DNA of 64,000 nucleotides, from the NCBI GenBank assembly GCA_951406725.2, contig OX597842.1:15190001-15254000 (forward strand), in the 5' to 3' direction. Made by a program: the position numbers and the translations under genes. The notes beneath the pieces are model-generated. The model saw only the letters and a program-made list of their open reading frames with translations, made no database searches and was not told the origin of the DNA. The DNA is from Octopus vulgaris. Its lineage: Eukaryota. Positions 1 to 13,200 of this stretch are shown here, piece by piece. Positions within the stretch are counted from its first letter, which is position 1. Every line of letters begins with the position of its first letter.

Positions 1-1634
1 TGTATGAAGTACTTGTCCTGGAGTCAACTTGGAAGAATGTTCAGTTGTTTAATGACCTCATATAACAAGATTAGAAGTGGTAACAACCAGCGGGGTCAGG
101 ATATCTGAACTGCGCACGCTCACCCATTTTTAATCAACTTGAGATATTCTTATCTCGTAGGATTTTCTATTTGAAAGATTGTGTAGCAGTATTATCCCGG
201 AAATCCTTAAATTTCACAGTATGGGCAGTCCTGCTGAACATCACTTATGACGGATGCTGCACAAAGTTGGTCTGAAAGCAAGAGCTTCCTACTGTGAAGG
301 GGGTGTCCTCAGGCTAAAGGTTGTGTATGTTACAAAAGGTAGAAGACGGTTCGATTTCTCTTGACATCTTGAAGCTTTCCTATGAATGTCCCAATCTTTA
401 CAAGGGAAATTGGGAGATGCATTTTAGAGAGAAGACAGGACTGTGTAGAAGTAATGCAACGAAGTTACACAAACATTGAAATCACCCTTATGACTCTCAG
501 TCGGAGAAGAGGAATTAAAGAAGTCGGGGTGGGGGAATAAAGAAGGCACTTGCTCATGTTGCTCAAGGAAATCTTGGACGGCGGGGATCCTAGATCGTTC
601 CTAGAGGTCCTCCTATGTGAGGAGGGCTATATCATTATGATATTTATTGTTGTTATTATCATTATTGTTGGGTTATACATTGTCTTCGATATCTGACGTA
701 CCAAGAAATACTTATTTCATGTTCATAAATTCTTATGACGTCAACAACATAAAATTCACGCTGCTAAAAGTAAAGTTTCGGAAATGAATACAGAAATTCG
801 AAGGATTGCTTTGGTCTAATGGTAGAACGTCAATCACGTTTACAAGAAATATGGGAGCGAGTTCCACGGTCCTTTTTCAACCTCTTGGATCCAAAGGGCT
901 TTTCAACCCAATATTTATAAGCTATTGTTTATAGCTTATCTTTTTCAAAGTCTATCGTCTGATTCCTCTAGATCTATGTTATTTTTCCCTTCAAATTTTA
1001 GGCAAGTATATTGTGTTTCCATTTTAGAGCTATAGAAAATATATGCAGAATAGAAACATATTTTTTGTATCCCTTTATTTATGTTCTGTTTTATTTCCAT
1101 GACACTTTATTTTGATCATCTTTTACGAAGGAAACCGGTGTGGTTGTTTCTGTTGTTGCTGGGGTTTGCATTCGTGACTCTTCGTACATTTTGCACGGAG
1201 AATTAAGTGTACATTCCCCGAGTAAGAAAGTCTGACCGAATAATACAGAATTATTATTATTTGTCATTTCTTTTGCGTGTGTGCGTGTGCACATGCGCTG
1301 AAGTGTGTGTTTGTGTGCACTCGCGTGTGTTGGTGCAATGTCGCGTGTGTGTGTACGTTTGATGGTATCTGGCAGACCAGGATGATGACGTCTGGCGGAG
1401 CCGTGTGATAGGCCGTATTCACACGTGATATGATAACTTTGCATACTGTGGACATTCATAAGACGTCATTAAAATATCAATAAATTTTATCTGGGATTAT
1501 TTATGCAGTCATCTTTCAACATTTCCTTTGTTGCCTTTTGATAATTTTAAGAGCAATGACTCAACGTTTTCCATCTCAAAAATATTTTGTGTTGTTGTCG
1601 TAGTAATGCATGATTTCTGTGTTTATTGTTACAG

Positions 1635-1818
1635 CCTGTATGCCAATTTAAATTATCAATGGATGGCATTAAACTGAAGTTTGAAAAATCCTGCAGCACA
1701 CACAGAAAATGTTTTTACGCTAAGATAGACAATCAATATAAATGCAAGGAATTGACAAGTGGCTCTACCTGCGTTGCTTGCTGCATCGGAAACTTATGTA
1801 ACAAGAAGGATTTCATAG
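1635..1818 (+). CDS. aGPCR exon (first visible): C-terminal part of a Ly6/uPAR three-finger domain
   Basis: ttacag acceptor and G|gtcagt donor; PVCQFKLSMDGIKLKFEKSCSTHRKCFYAKIDNQYKCKELTSGSTCVACCIGNLCNKKDFI with the CCxxxxCN signature; phase 0 to 1 matches the next exon. Confidence 0.82.
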
Positions 1819-1894
1819 GTCAGTGTTGTTGATTTTCTGATATAATTAAACCTGATGTATTACAGATGAAAGGTTAAACACATTTAAATAGTTC

Positions 1895-2110
1895 TTGTGT
1901 CTTGCTTACCTTGTTTACCCGTTTCGGTCATTAGATTGCAATCATGCTGGGGCACCGCCTTAAAGAGTTTTAGTCGAATAAAATCAACCCCAGTTCCTTT
2001 TTTAAGCCCAGTTCTTATTGCAGAACTGCAAAGTTACGGGGAAGAAAACACACCAACACCAGTTATCAAACAGTGGTAGTGGGATAAACAGACACAAATA
2101 CACGCACATA
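1895..2110 (-). mobile_element. Octopus-type SINE 3' fragment
   Basis: gtttcggtcattagattgcaatcatgctggggcaccgcc motif recurs in diverged form at about 9080-9140, 25810-25870, 52900, 59940, 60550, 60950 and 62250. Confidence 0.55.
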
Positions 2111-2115
2111 TACAC

Positions 2116-2169
<54 letters not shown>

Positions 2170-2175
<6 letters not shown>

Positions 2176-2900
2176 AATTAATCAAAATAAAAACATGATG
2201 CCAAGGATTCAGCGGTACATATGTTTCGGGCCTTTATTAGACGGATTTATAACAATGCATAATGTATGTTTGTGGCCTTCTTCAGCCGCGCACAACTACT
2301 TCCACAAGGACATGTATTACATCAAAAGTTCTTGGTTGGGGATGCAAATCCTCTCATTCGCGTACGACATAATGCGGCAACAGCATAAAAATGAAGCGTC
2401 CATCTCGTTCTTCTCTGAATGTAGAATGAGGAAGTTTGGATGTTGAAGTAATGTAAATAAATTAATAAAAAAATATATACATATATAAATATATAAATAC
2501 AGATAGACGTGAAGGAACCTGGTAATAAGAGTAAATAGAGATAAAGATGGAGGGGCGAGAATTCAGGACGAAGGATAAAAAGTATATAAAAAGTGTAAGT
2601 ATAGAAAAATATAAAAATGTAGAGTATAAAGACATAAAAAGATATAAAAAATATAAAAAAATATAAATGAATATAAAGGTATAAAGTTATAAAAATAAAA
2701 ATAAAAATAATAAAATATGTAAAAGAATATAAGGATAAGGGATTTATAGTAGTTACAGACCAAACATGGTGGTCAGGAAAATGACAAATTCTGGTTGTAG
2801 AAGTCTTGGGTGTCATAAATCAACCGGGGCGTCTGGGGACCTAGTGTGTTGTAAATCAGAGTTGTTGAGCAGCTTATCTAGTTCTTCGTAACGTATTAAG
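2170..2900 (-). mobile_element. Penelope-like element 3'/pseudo-LTR remnant
   Basis: T-rich tract, then a hammerhead motif, then a (TA)n end on the minus strand. Confidence 0.45.
2212..2289 (-). ncRNA. Minimal type I hammerhead ribozyme motif
   Basis: Minus strand: gcgg-CUGAAGA-aggcc...ggccc-GAAAC-auau-GUA-ccgc; stem I gcgg/ccgc, palindromic ACAUAUGU in place of helix III. Confidence 0.65.
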
Positions 2901-3243
2901 TGGTCATCTTGTACATATGTACCCGCATGGATACATACACCCATATACACGCGCACATATACGCACTCATACCCAGCTACAAGCATACAAGCATACATCC
3001 GTACTCACGTGTAAACATATACAGATATATGTGGAAAAAAGCGCATGTAGTTGGGTACATGAACCGACGCGCACACGTACGTGCATACATACACTCTCAT
3101 GCGTTCGTATAGGCACACTCGCACTTACACACATTTACAAGACGAAGTGAATCTCTATATGTGTGGGCAGGAATATGTATACACCTGCACTCGCGTCCAC
3201 CCCCACGCAGGTGCTTACAATTATCAAGTACTCACCCCAAAAT

Positions 3244-3314
<71 letters not shown>

Positions 3315-3337
3315 CATAATATTACTGATCCGTGAAG

Positions 3338-3370
<33 letters not shown>

Positions 3371-3387
3371 ATATCTATATCTATCTA

Positions 3388-3496
<109 letters not shown>

Positions 3497-3725
3497 CATA
3501 ATGTTACTGATCCGTGAATATATATATATATATATACTAAGTAATTAAGGGTTTAGCAACGATTTGCCTCACCACACACCGAATTTAGAAATAGCAGTCA
3601 AAGAGTTATAGCTATTCCTTTCTACTAAAAGGGAGATCTCAGTAAAACCACAGCACTTGAAAGGCAAGCACAGACAGGCAAGAGAGAAAGAAAATGACGA
3701 CAATCGATCATACAATAAAAAGTCA

Positions 3726-3816
3726 CCTACGGACGTACGTTTCGAAATCAAGTTTTAGGAAAGCATAAGAATTAGATAATCTTGTCTTACCCAACTTCTT
3801 TTCTCATCAGCGTAGG
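3726..3816 (-). ncRNA. Type I hammerhead ribozyme motif (inverted copy)
   Basis: Reverse complement of 4252-4342. Confidence 0.72.
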
Positions 3817-4251
3817 ATACTACAATTATGAATAATTGTATATTAAATTTCGCGGTACTAGAAGACATCATCTCAACTGATAGTATCAGAGCGAGCCAAA
3901 GCCATTACTAGTATCGCCAAATTCAAAGTGTGAATGAAAGTCTGTGTCACCAGCCCCCTCCTAACAGCGTGCAGCCAAGACAAGATGTTGTGGTCATTTA
4001 CCGGGATGAACTATGAAATTAATTAATTTCACCCTACATTTTTACTGATAACCATAGTTCATCCCGGTAAATGACCACAACATCTTGTCTTGGCTGCACG
4101 CTGGTAGGAGGGGCCTGGTGACACAGACTTTCATTCACACTTTGAATTTGGCGATACTAGTAATGGCTTTGGCTCGCTCTGATACTATCAGTTGAGATGA
4201 TGTCTTCTAGTACCGCGAAATTTAGTATACAATTATTCATAATTGTAGTAT

Positions 4252-4342
4252 CCTACGCTGATGAGAAAAGAAGTTGGGTAAGACAAGATTATCTAATTCT
4301 TATGCTTTCCTAAAACTTGATTTCGAAACGTACGTCCGTAGG
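4252..4342 (+). ncRNA. Type I hammerhead ribozyme motif
   Basis: ccuacg-CUGAUGA(4258-4264)-gaaa...uuuc-GAAAC(4325-4329)-guac-GUC(4334-4336)-cguagg; 6-bp stem I, 4-bp stem II with a long loop, palindromic ACGUACGU. Confidence 0.75.
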
Positions 4343-4769
4343 TGACTTTTTTATTGTATGATCGATTGTCGTCATTTTCTTTCTCTCTTGCCTGTCTGTG
4401 TTTGCCTTTCAAGTGCTGTGGTTTTACTGCGATCTCCCTTTTAGTAGAAAGGAATAGCTATAACTCTTTGACTGCTATTTCTAAATTCGGTGTGTGGTGA
4501 GGCAAATCGTTGCTAAACCCTTAATTACTTAGTATTACTTAAACTTTCCTCAAATGGGGCTTTTACATGCCGAAATCTACATGGTGAAATTAATGATTAT
4601 TCTAAATTAATTAATTTCACCCTACATGTTTACTGATATATATATAACATAACATATACTGATCCGTGAAGAAAATTAAAAACAAAACTACTCCATCTTG
4701 TGCGAGATAAATATTGTTTATTTATAGGTCACAATATATGTATTTAATGTCTTTGTATCCTTCGTATTA

Positions 4770-4880
4770 TTAAGTAGTTGTTGTACCTTGTGCTTCATAT
4801 ATGATAGATTTTGTCATATATCTTTGGTCAAGTGGACAGAATCCTGGCTTGCGACAGTTGTAACTGGAAACTGGATTCAG
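4770..4880 (-). pseudogene. Penelope-like ORF fragment (Cys-rich linker and start of GIY-YIG endonuclease)
   Basis: SYNCRKPGFCPLDQRYMTKSIIYEAQ fits the PLE consensus CNCRxxxxCPLxGxCxxxxIIYxA with two Cys>Tyr changes, then a stop. Confidence 0.65.
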
Positions 4881-5721
4881 GCTCTTGATATTGACCACGT
4901 GTCTTGATACACCGGGCCAATTCCAAGAGTCTGAATTCTGTTGCATCTGGCGCGACCCAGGAACTTTTAACATTTTTACTTTGTACTTTATATATTTTAG
5001 TTTTAATTTTCACGGTTGCCATTTTATTTACCTTCCACGTTTTCTGTATACTCCCTTCTCATCTTTTTCCTTTTTTCCTCTCTTATTCAAATTTAATCAT
5101 TCGTTATGATTGTGATATTGCTCAACGTATGAAACTATTAGTAACACATAAAGACATGTACTGTGGCCATTAAATAAATAATATGTGTGTATGTGTGTAT
5201 GAAAATATATTTACGTAAATGTGCATTTACGTGTAATATTCTGTGTGAGTAGATACGTATATATGGCTGTTCTCTAATCTATGCGTTTTTATGGATGTGG
5301 ATTCATATCTATGTATGTGTGTAAGTAAATTGATTCAATTTCTGTCAGTTGGTTAAAATGGCTTGGTTTCTGATAATAACGGATTATTCTTCCGTTAGTT
5401 ACTTATGAACAACCAGCAACAGTAAAGCTGTAACCCTGATAAACTAGCAAAATATAAACGGAACAACCTTTTACATGTTTTCCAGGCTCCTTTGAACTTT
5501 ATAATTTCTTTGGTGACATCAACAAAACAAATGTAATCGTGTGCTGCTCATGTGTTTGTCAGCTATAAATGAAGTGAATCCGTTGTCAGCCTCCTCCATG
5601 TCAACGAAACCCACTTAACTGTTATCATATTGATAATCATATTTATATATTCATGATATCTATGACATGACTCTCATTTATGAAAGGAATCATTCACTTC
5701 CGTTTTTATATTTTTCCATAG

Positions 5722-5816
5722 GTTGGACCAATTCTTTTGTATTTCATCTGATTTTTAATTCTACATTGAAGAAGTCCAATGAATATAAAAGTTCGGTTGA
5801 AAACGTATCTAGAACT
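5722..5816 (+). CDS. aGPCR exon: start of SEA-like domain
   Basis: ttttccatag acceptor, gtgagt donor; GWTNSFVFHLIFNSTLKKSNEYKSSVENVSRT; phase 1 to 0. Confidence 0.8.
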
Positions 5817-5874
5817 GTGAGTAGCAACTTAATTTCTCCCTTTCCAACACACATACACACACACATACATACGC

Positions 5875-5934
<60 letters not shown>

Positions 5935-6815
5935 ATGTGTGTGTATGTATATGTATATATATACATATGTATATATAGACAAGAAAAGAAACGGAGTAAC
6001 ATTTCACAAATGCATGTTGGTCATTGCTATTAAATGGTTATATGAATATATACATATATATATATATAAATAATAGATCAAACTTAGATTACATAGCCTG
6101 AAAGAAGTAATGTGAGAATGTGTAATGTTACATGTCCGACAGCCGTCTCTGGCGGCTCGGAGTCCCTTCATAATGTTGGCAGATTTGCAATCAGTAATAG
6201 AAGCAAATAAATACAGGAAACATCCAGTCTTCTTTTGTAGAGTGGATAGGGAAAGATCCAATATATGAGATCATGATGCTGGGGAATTTGTGAGGGTAGA
6301 GTGGATGTAATGGAAGGCCAGTAAGTTGTGCTGGTGGGAAAAAAGTTGGTGGCTGGAGAAGTGTTGGAAGTATTGGAAGAAGGAAATGAAAAGAGAGATA
6401 AAGGAGTCAGAAGAATGTGTTGGAGTGAATGATCAGAGCAATGAGTGAATTAGTAGTGGGAGTAGAGAATTAGGAGGTAAGTGAGAGGTATGGTATAGGT
6501 GGTGCTTGCGTGATGGTCATTGTTGGGTTAAATACTAGATGTTAACAATTTCGAATTTTTTGTGCAAGGCCAGAAGTTTCGGAATTTAAGTCGATTACAT
6601 CGGCTCCAGTGCCCAACTGGTACTTATTGTTGCGAAGTATTTTCCCCGTGTGGGAAAGATTGCCTCAGTTCATGGACTTCCACACATATATACATAGGTG
6701 TGTGTGTGTGTGTGTATTGAGGGCTAAAAATCGACTAGGTGGATAGCCATATGCTAGAAGATCACATACGATCTAACAACAAAGAAATATTCAATTTATC
6801 TCCCTCATTATTTAA

Positions 6816-6847
<32 letters not shown>

Positions 6848-6872
6848 GTGCATGTATATATATCTACATATG

Positions 6873-6913
<41 letters not shown>

Positions 6914-6938
6914 GTGCATGTATATATATCTACATATG

Positions 6939-6986
<48 letters not shown>

Positions 6987-7039
6987 TACATATGTGAATA
7001 TATATGTATGTAATATACCCATGTATAAAACTATTGCAG

Positions 7040-7092
7040 ATGGAGCATGAGTTATCAAACTTGGCAGGAAATTTCGAAGTGCAATATTGTGG
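7040..7092 (+). CDS. aGPCR 53-nt exon, SEA-like domain
   Basis: ttgcag acceptor, GG|gtaagc donor; [18 protein letters not shown]; supplies the phase 0 to 2 link needed between the flanking exons. Confidence 0.75.
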
Positions 7093-7307
7093 GTAAGCAA
7101 AATGCATTTTATAACTTTTGTTCAAATTTTAAAACATTCTGTTCAAAATATTCCTATGTTTATTTATACTGTATGTATTAAATATTACAATGACAATACT
7201 GTACTTGTGATTCATAAGATACTGCTCGATACTTTCAGTTAGATGTCGAACTGTATAAATATTATTAAAATGACAAACAGACTCACGTGTAGATATATAG
7301 AGTGAAC

Positions 7308-7690
7308 TACGAGGGGTGATCCTTAAAGATTTCCCTTTACCCACTTTCGGTTATAACAGGAAACGGAACTTGTATAATTATAATCATACATGGCTCTACA
7401 TGTCACTTTATAAATTTAGCTTCCCATTAGTATTCGTTTGTCTTTTACGGCTACTGAAGTGGACTAAGATGTTATAATAGAAGCGGTTAAATACAGATCG
7501 GTGAACAGGATATTATATTTGAAAGGACGTACACCAAAAGAGACTTTCGATGAGATGAAAGAAGTTTATAGTGACGACGCATCATTATACGACGTAGTCA
7601 AGCACTGGTATCGCCATTTCAAATGTGGTCGGACACCGGTGGAAACTGCTCCTATTCTTGGGCGACCACATTCCGCCATTGATGACGGAA
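7308..7690 (+). mobile_element. mariner 5' fragment (TIR and HTH DNA-binding region)
   Basis: tacgagggg TIR start; LYLKGRTPKETFDEMKEVYSDDA..YDVVKHWYRHFKCGRTPVETAPILGRP. Confidence 0.8.
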
Positions 7691-8722
7691 CACACACACA
7701 CACACACATGGCTAACTTGACTAAGTTACTCGTTTTGGACTCTGCCTTGCGAAAGAGGTTAGGTTACGCAGGGCTGAGTCCAAAGCAAGCACTTTTGGTT
7801 AGGGTAAAGATGAGCACGTCAGGCAATTGGATCATATATATACAGGGAGAGACAGAGGAAATAAAGTGTATATAAGTGTATGTATGTGTGTGTGGGGAGC
7901 AGAGAGAATGTGAGAGAGAGCAGGAGTTATCTAAATCAGAATCTGCCATTTTCCACCCCTCTATAAATTGCTGTAATCACTAAATTTACCCAACGCCATT
8001 CACTAACACATGAAACTGGCTGATAAACAATATCCAGTAACTTGCTTATCACTGGTCAGTTTCATATGATATCACTATGACGCCCTGAGGACTTCGAAAT
8101 TATATTTCCGATCATGTAAGGCATTTCGAATATTATTTTAGCATCTTTCAAGTGGTTTTAGTTCCCTAAAACATTTACTATTTCTGTCCTGCCTCAATTC
8201 CTTTGCTAAGGCCTTATTTTGTTTACATTTTGTCTCTCCTTGTACATCTTTTGTTCAGTGTTCTTTACATACCTTTGTTTATGTTTATTTTCATAATCAT
8301 ATTCTGCCTTTTCACCTATTTTTCATGCTCAACTGTTTCCTTTTGTCTTCTTTTCTCGATAATTACCTAACTTTTTGCTTAGTTTTCTTCCAATTATTTT
8401 CCACCATTATCCTCCTGAGAACTTGTTTCTGCTTTCTATTTTCGTGTCACCTAATACACCGTTATCTCCTGTTTCCTACATTATATATTATGATGAACAC
8501 TCTATTAGGATGTAATGGAAATATGCCGATTTTCTCCCCGAACAGATCTCTACAGATTGTTCATAATACAATTATTGATTGTAAAATAAGTGAAGGTGAA
8601 TATTGGAACGATTATAGACATTATATAATCGACAGTTATGTAAATAATTTGATTTTTGCTGTATGCAATCTCTCCATTTTCTTTATATTATACGGCTGAA
8701 ATTACACACACACACACACACA

Positions 8723-8810
<88 letters not shown>

Positions 8811-8811
<1 letters not shown>

Positions 8812-8949
8812 CGGGAAGCTTTATGAAAATAGACAAAAGACGAAGGCAGGTTTACGGAAATAAACAAAAGACGAAGGCAGGTGGAATACAAACAAACAAT
8901 TGTATTAGTATGGCGCTCAGGAAATATAAATAAAACAAGTCTTTAACGT
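8811..8949 (-). mobile_element. Penelope-like pseudo-LTR 3' fragment, same family as 16448-16545
   Basis: Reverse complement aligns with 16448-16545 (aaagact...ttcctgagcg...actaataca...tgtttg...cttcgtc). Confidence 0.6.
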
Positions 8950-9626
8950 ATGTATGTATGTGTGTGTATCTATACCCTTAAAGTCAGAAACTTTTCATTA
9001 CCCCTCTTGTACGTACATACATACATCGCAAGGCAGATAAAATTTTTGCGAAAGTGTCGATTCATACGATTAAATATTTTTGAAGGCGATGCCCCAGCCT
9101 GGCCGCAGTTTAATGACTGAAACATGTCAAAGATAAAAGATAAATTATAGTTTGATCTGTCGGGATAGTTTTTGCTGCAAAGTAATCTGGAGTTCATTAC
9201 TGCATTTGTGCATGTGAGTGTATATATTATTGACGTATGTAGAATGTGTGTAATAATATATGTGAAGTATTGTATCCCTCTAGCGTTAAGTGACTGATCG
9301 ATTAACTCTCCGAAGTAATACCACTTATTTAAAAGCTAGAAGAAAATGGATTAAACTACCTCATTTGATAAGATTGTGCGGTTGGTGCCTTGTTTGTTGG
9401 TTTGTTGAGCGAAGCGGTCTTCGTCCCAGATTTCGCAAGCTGTAGTGGGAGAGGTCCAAAACGTGGTCCTTTGCTATTCATAAGATCCGCAGAAGAGAAA
9501 GCAGGTCAACCCCCGACACCAAGAGCATCGCCAGGCTCAGCGGTTGTGCAGGAAGTCGGTGACACGAAACAGGATAAAACAGTGAGAGAAAGTTGGAGCG
9601 AAGGAGTACAACAAGGGTCGCCACCA

Positions 9627-9760
9627 ACCCCTGCCAGAGCGTCGTGGAGCTTTGGGTGTTTTCGCTCAATAAACACACACAACGCCCGGTCTGGGAATCG
9701 AAACTGCGTTCCTCCGACCGCGAGTCCGCTGCCCTAACCACTGGGCCATTGCGCCTCCAC
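9627..9760 (-). mobile_element. tRNA-derived SINE head (tRNA-Arg-like)
   Basis: Minus strand gtggaggcgcaaTGGCCCAGTGGttagg (A box)...gacTCGcggtc...gtTTCGATTcc (B box), then ttgagcgaaaacac core. Confidence 0.75.
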
Positions 9761-10269
9761 TTGCGGTTGGTGCTCTGTTGTGTAATTCGCAATACTGTCT
9801 CCTGGAATCTGAAAATACAATTGGATTCCCGATAGTTTATCCTATTCTCTAAACATATAACGCGTTTTTCCTTCCCTACGAAATAATTTATCATCAGGAA
9901 CAAGACTCAGTCTGGCAAAATATATCTTCATTGATGATAACTTATGCTTCTTAAATTGTTTGTATTTAAAATAGCTCATTAACTGTTAACCTATATAGGT
10001 TAGTAATATATAGACACGCACACGCACTCCCATACACAAACATATACTCACGGACACACAAACATATACGCATGTATTATGTGTAAGTATACAGCAGGAA
10101 GACGATTACTATTATATTACGCGAATAATCTACCGAACGATTGCTTAGTGAATCGCCTCTGATCTACAATTTATATGAAACAGCCTAGGAATTTAATCTA
10201 TAAGGATTCTCGTAATCCTCGCTTGAATTTTTCTTAGCCAGGATATTTTGCATGGAATACTGACTGAAG

Positions 10270-13200
10270 TAGTTAGTTAGTTAGTTAGTTAGTTAGTTAA
10301 TTTCGCTCAAAAGCAAATAGCAAGGCCATGTAGCGGGACATGGAGTTAACTACAGGGTGGTGTTCATGTAAAGAGTTCAGGCCACTTGAGGTCCAGGGAG
10401 GCTTTGAACAAAGCGGTCGTCGGCATCTTCACCATCTCGTCTGGCAGCTTGTTCCACGGATCCGCAACCCGGACGGAGAAAGCTCCTCTCCTTCGATTGA
10501 GATGAAATCGTCGCAGGTAGAGCTTTTCGGAATGACCCCGCAGCCGACGCTCCGGAGCAGGAGTGAAGAACAGCTCTTTCGAGAGGTTACACTTCCCGCT
10601 TATGATGTTGTGGGCGAGAATGAGATCACCACGGCGGCGGCGTTTTTCAAGAGAATAAAGGTCGAGCGTCCTCAGCCTTTCTTCGTAGGACAAATTTTTG
10701 AGACCATGAACCATGCGGGTAGCCAGCCTCTGGACTCTTTCGAGATGCTGTATGTCTTTGAGGAGATAAGGAGAAGAGGCTTGAATCCCATACTCCAATA
10801 TGGGTCTCACCAGCGTGACATAGAGTGGTAAGAATATGGCTGCTGTGAGCATTCCGAATGACCGTCGAATCAAAAACAGAATTCCGCGCGCTTTGTTGGC
10901 AGCATGGACGCACTGGGCCGAAGGCGAAAAGGAGGAATCCACCAAGATTCAGGAGTTGCAGGAGTAGAGCCGACAGGCAGATGACAGCACTTTGACACGT
11001 TCAGACACAGGTCCCAATCGTTAGACCACTTCCAAATTTGGTGGAGGCATCGACGAAGATCCTCTATACTACCGCGAGGAGCGACCAGTTTGATATCGTC
11101 GGCAAATAGAAGGGTGTGTTGCGTGAGGTCGTCGGGCAAGTCATTTATGAAGACTAAGAACAACAAGGGCCCAAGCACTGAACCTTGAGGCACGCCACTG
11201 CTCGCACTGGAGACGTCGGACCGCGAACCATTAACTTGAACTTGGAAGGAGCGATCTGAGAGGAAGGCACCAGCCCATCGTACAATATCCGGATGGAAAC
11301 TATATGCTTGAAGCTTGACAAGTAGTAGGCGGTGGTTTACCGAGTCAAAAGCTTTGGCAAAGTCCAATAAAACGATGTCAACAGCATCACTATCATCGAG
11401 GATGCGCGTCACCAATTCTTCCATTACTAGTAAGTTGGTCAAGCATGATCTCTTCGGCACGAAGCCGTGTTGGGAATCAGTGATCGAGGCTGTGTTTAGG
11501 AGGTGGAGCATCATACTTTTCTTAAGGATGGTTTCGAGCATCTTGCTGATTATTGATGTAAGGGAAACCGGTCGGTAGTTAAGCGGGTCTTCGCGGCTCC
11601 TTTTCTTGAAAATTGGGCAGATTATCGCTGTTCTCCAGTCTGCAGGTATAACACCCGTCGCCAATGACATATTGAATAGTCGTGTTAAGGGCTCGCAGAT
11701 GACCGGAGCCAACGCTTTGATAACCCGTGGGTGTATGCCGTCAGGGCCGTAACCCTTGTTGACATCGAGGCCTTGAATAACACGTTTGACTTCGTCCTGC
11801 GTGATGACCAATCGAAGCATTGGAGGTACCGATCTATCAAATGGAGGGGGTTCACGACCATCATCTTGTTTGAAAATAGTTGAAAAAGCCTCGGCAAATA
11901 ATTGACTCTGTTGATAAGGGTCCTCAATCGATACGCCTGTTGAGTCTATCAACGTTGCAATCTGGTTGTTCAGGCGGGAATTCCGCTGGACATGGGCAAA
12001 GAAGGTTTTTGGATTGCTACTGGCATTTGCCGCAATTTTGTATTCATAACTGAAGCGTTCTTTCTTTTCAATTTTCACGGCTCGGTCTCGTTGAGTTTTG
12101 TACACCTCAAAAGCTGCAGTCGAATCCAGATTTTTGAATTCAGCCCAAGCAATATCTCTGAGTCGACGTTCTCGTTTAACCTTCTTCGTCACCCAGGGCT
12201 TGTGTTTCCTCCTCTTGGGAAGCCCAACGGGAACTGCCTGGTCAGTCAAACAGATTACATATGCTTTGAGGGATGACCATAGTTCGTCAACTGAGGACAA
12301 CGTCATCAGGGATCGCCAGTCCAGAAGCGCGGAAGCCTCGGTTAGAATTTCAAGATTAATTGCAGAGAAGACTCTACGTGGCAGCGAAGTAATCGTGGGC
12401 GTGGAAAAAGTTGTGTGCATGACGAACTTCAGGACCGCATGATCACTCTTGGCAAGAGGGGCGCACACAGATACGTCTGACACTGATCTTGGATAGCGGG
12501 AGAATACCAGATCTAGCATAGATGGCTGCTGCCCAGACCGATGCCTTGTCGGATATTCAACATGTTGCGATAGAAAACAATCTTCAGCCACGTCAAGAAG
12601 GGCCTGGCCGAACCGGGAAGATGTTGTACAAATTGATGCGGGCCAATCGATCGTGGGAGCGTTGAAGTCGTCTAGTACCAAGCAGTCATGCGAAGCTGAA
12701 ACGAATCTTATCGCTTCGAGTAGATGAGCATCGTCCTGGGGGTCGGCTAGAGGCGGCCTGTAGACAGCCAACACGGGCAGGCAAAACTCAGATAGGCTCA
12801 GCTTGCAATAGACGGCATCGAATTTTGTTGTAGGTTGAGCATTTGTGGGTAGAATACCGCAGGACGGTTTGTGCTCAGACTTAACATACACAGAAACACC
12901 TCCACCTCGCCTTTTTCCTCTGTCACATCTGAAAAGGACGTAGCCCTGCAGGTGGATTTCTGAGTCCTTTACTGCTGGAGTCAGCCAAGTCTCGGTGATA
13001 GCTATCACATCAGGGGAGTCACGTATGGCCAGTGTAAATAGTTCACTGAACTTTGGGAATAAGGAGCACGAGTTGGTGTAGACGATGCTGAGCTGTGAAG
13101 TCTGAGGGGAGGGAGTTGGGGAACAAGCAGAATAAAGGGCATCAGAGATAGCATCGTTGACGGGGGTATCTTGGATTCGTAAACCCTTCTCTCCCATTTG

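Larger units (their letters stand above)
3534..4638. mobile_element. Non-coding Penelope-like/retrozyme-like element with a long inverted duplication
   Basis: Arms 3534-4015 and 4053-4535 are reverse complements with about 5 substitutions and a 1-nt indel seen. The spacer 4016-4050 recurs directly at 4604-4638. Each arm has a hammerhead motif, and the element is flanked by (TA)n. Confidence 0.8.

Noticed and set aside
1-630. Purine-rich stretch resembling a decayed retroelement end
   Set aside because: No motif I could assign with confidence in any frame.
1099-1206. Short ORF MTLYFDHLLRRKPVWLFLLLLGFAFVTLRTFCTEN* resembling a signal peptide for the aGPCR
   Set aside because: Ends in a stop with no convincing donor in the needed phase, and the first LU cysteines would still be missing.
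5105-5150. GAAAC-tatta-GTA-acaca, possible hammerhead 3' half
   Set aside because: No recognisable CUGANGA upstream.
5486-5531. Possible extra exon after tttccag
   Set aside because: Not needed for frame continuity, weak donor, no domain signal.
8085-8100. CTGAGGActtcGAAA hammerhead-like core
   Set aside because: No stem II or stem I pairing and no proper cleavage triplet.
8325-8699. 124-aa hydrophobic ORF
   Set aside because: T-rich low-complexity sequence, no family motif, does not fit the exon phase chain.
9627-9760. Possible tRNA-Arg gene
   Set aside because: No complete acceptor stem and it continues into a SINE core; treated as a SINE head.
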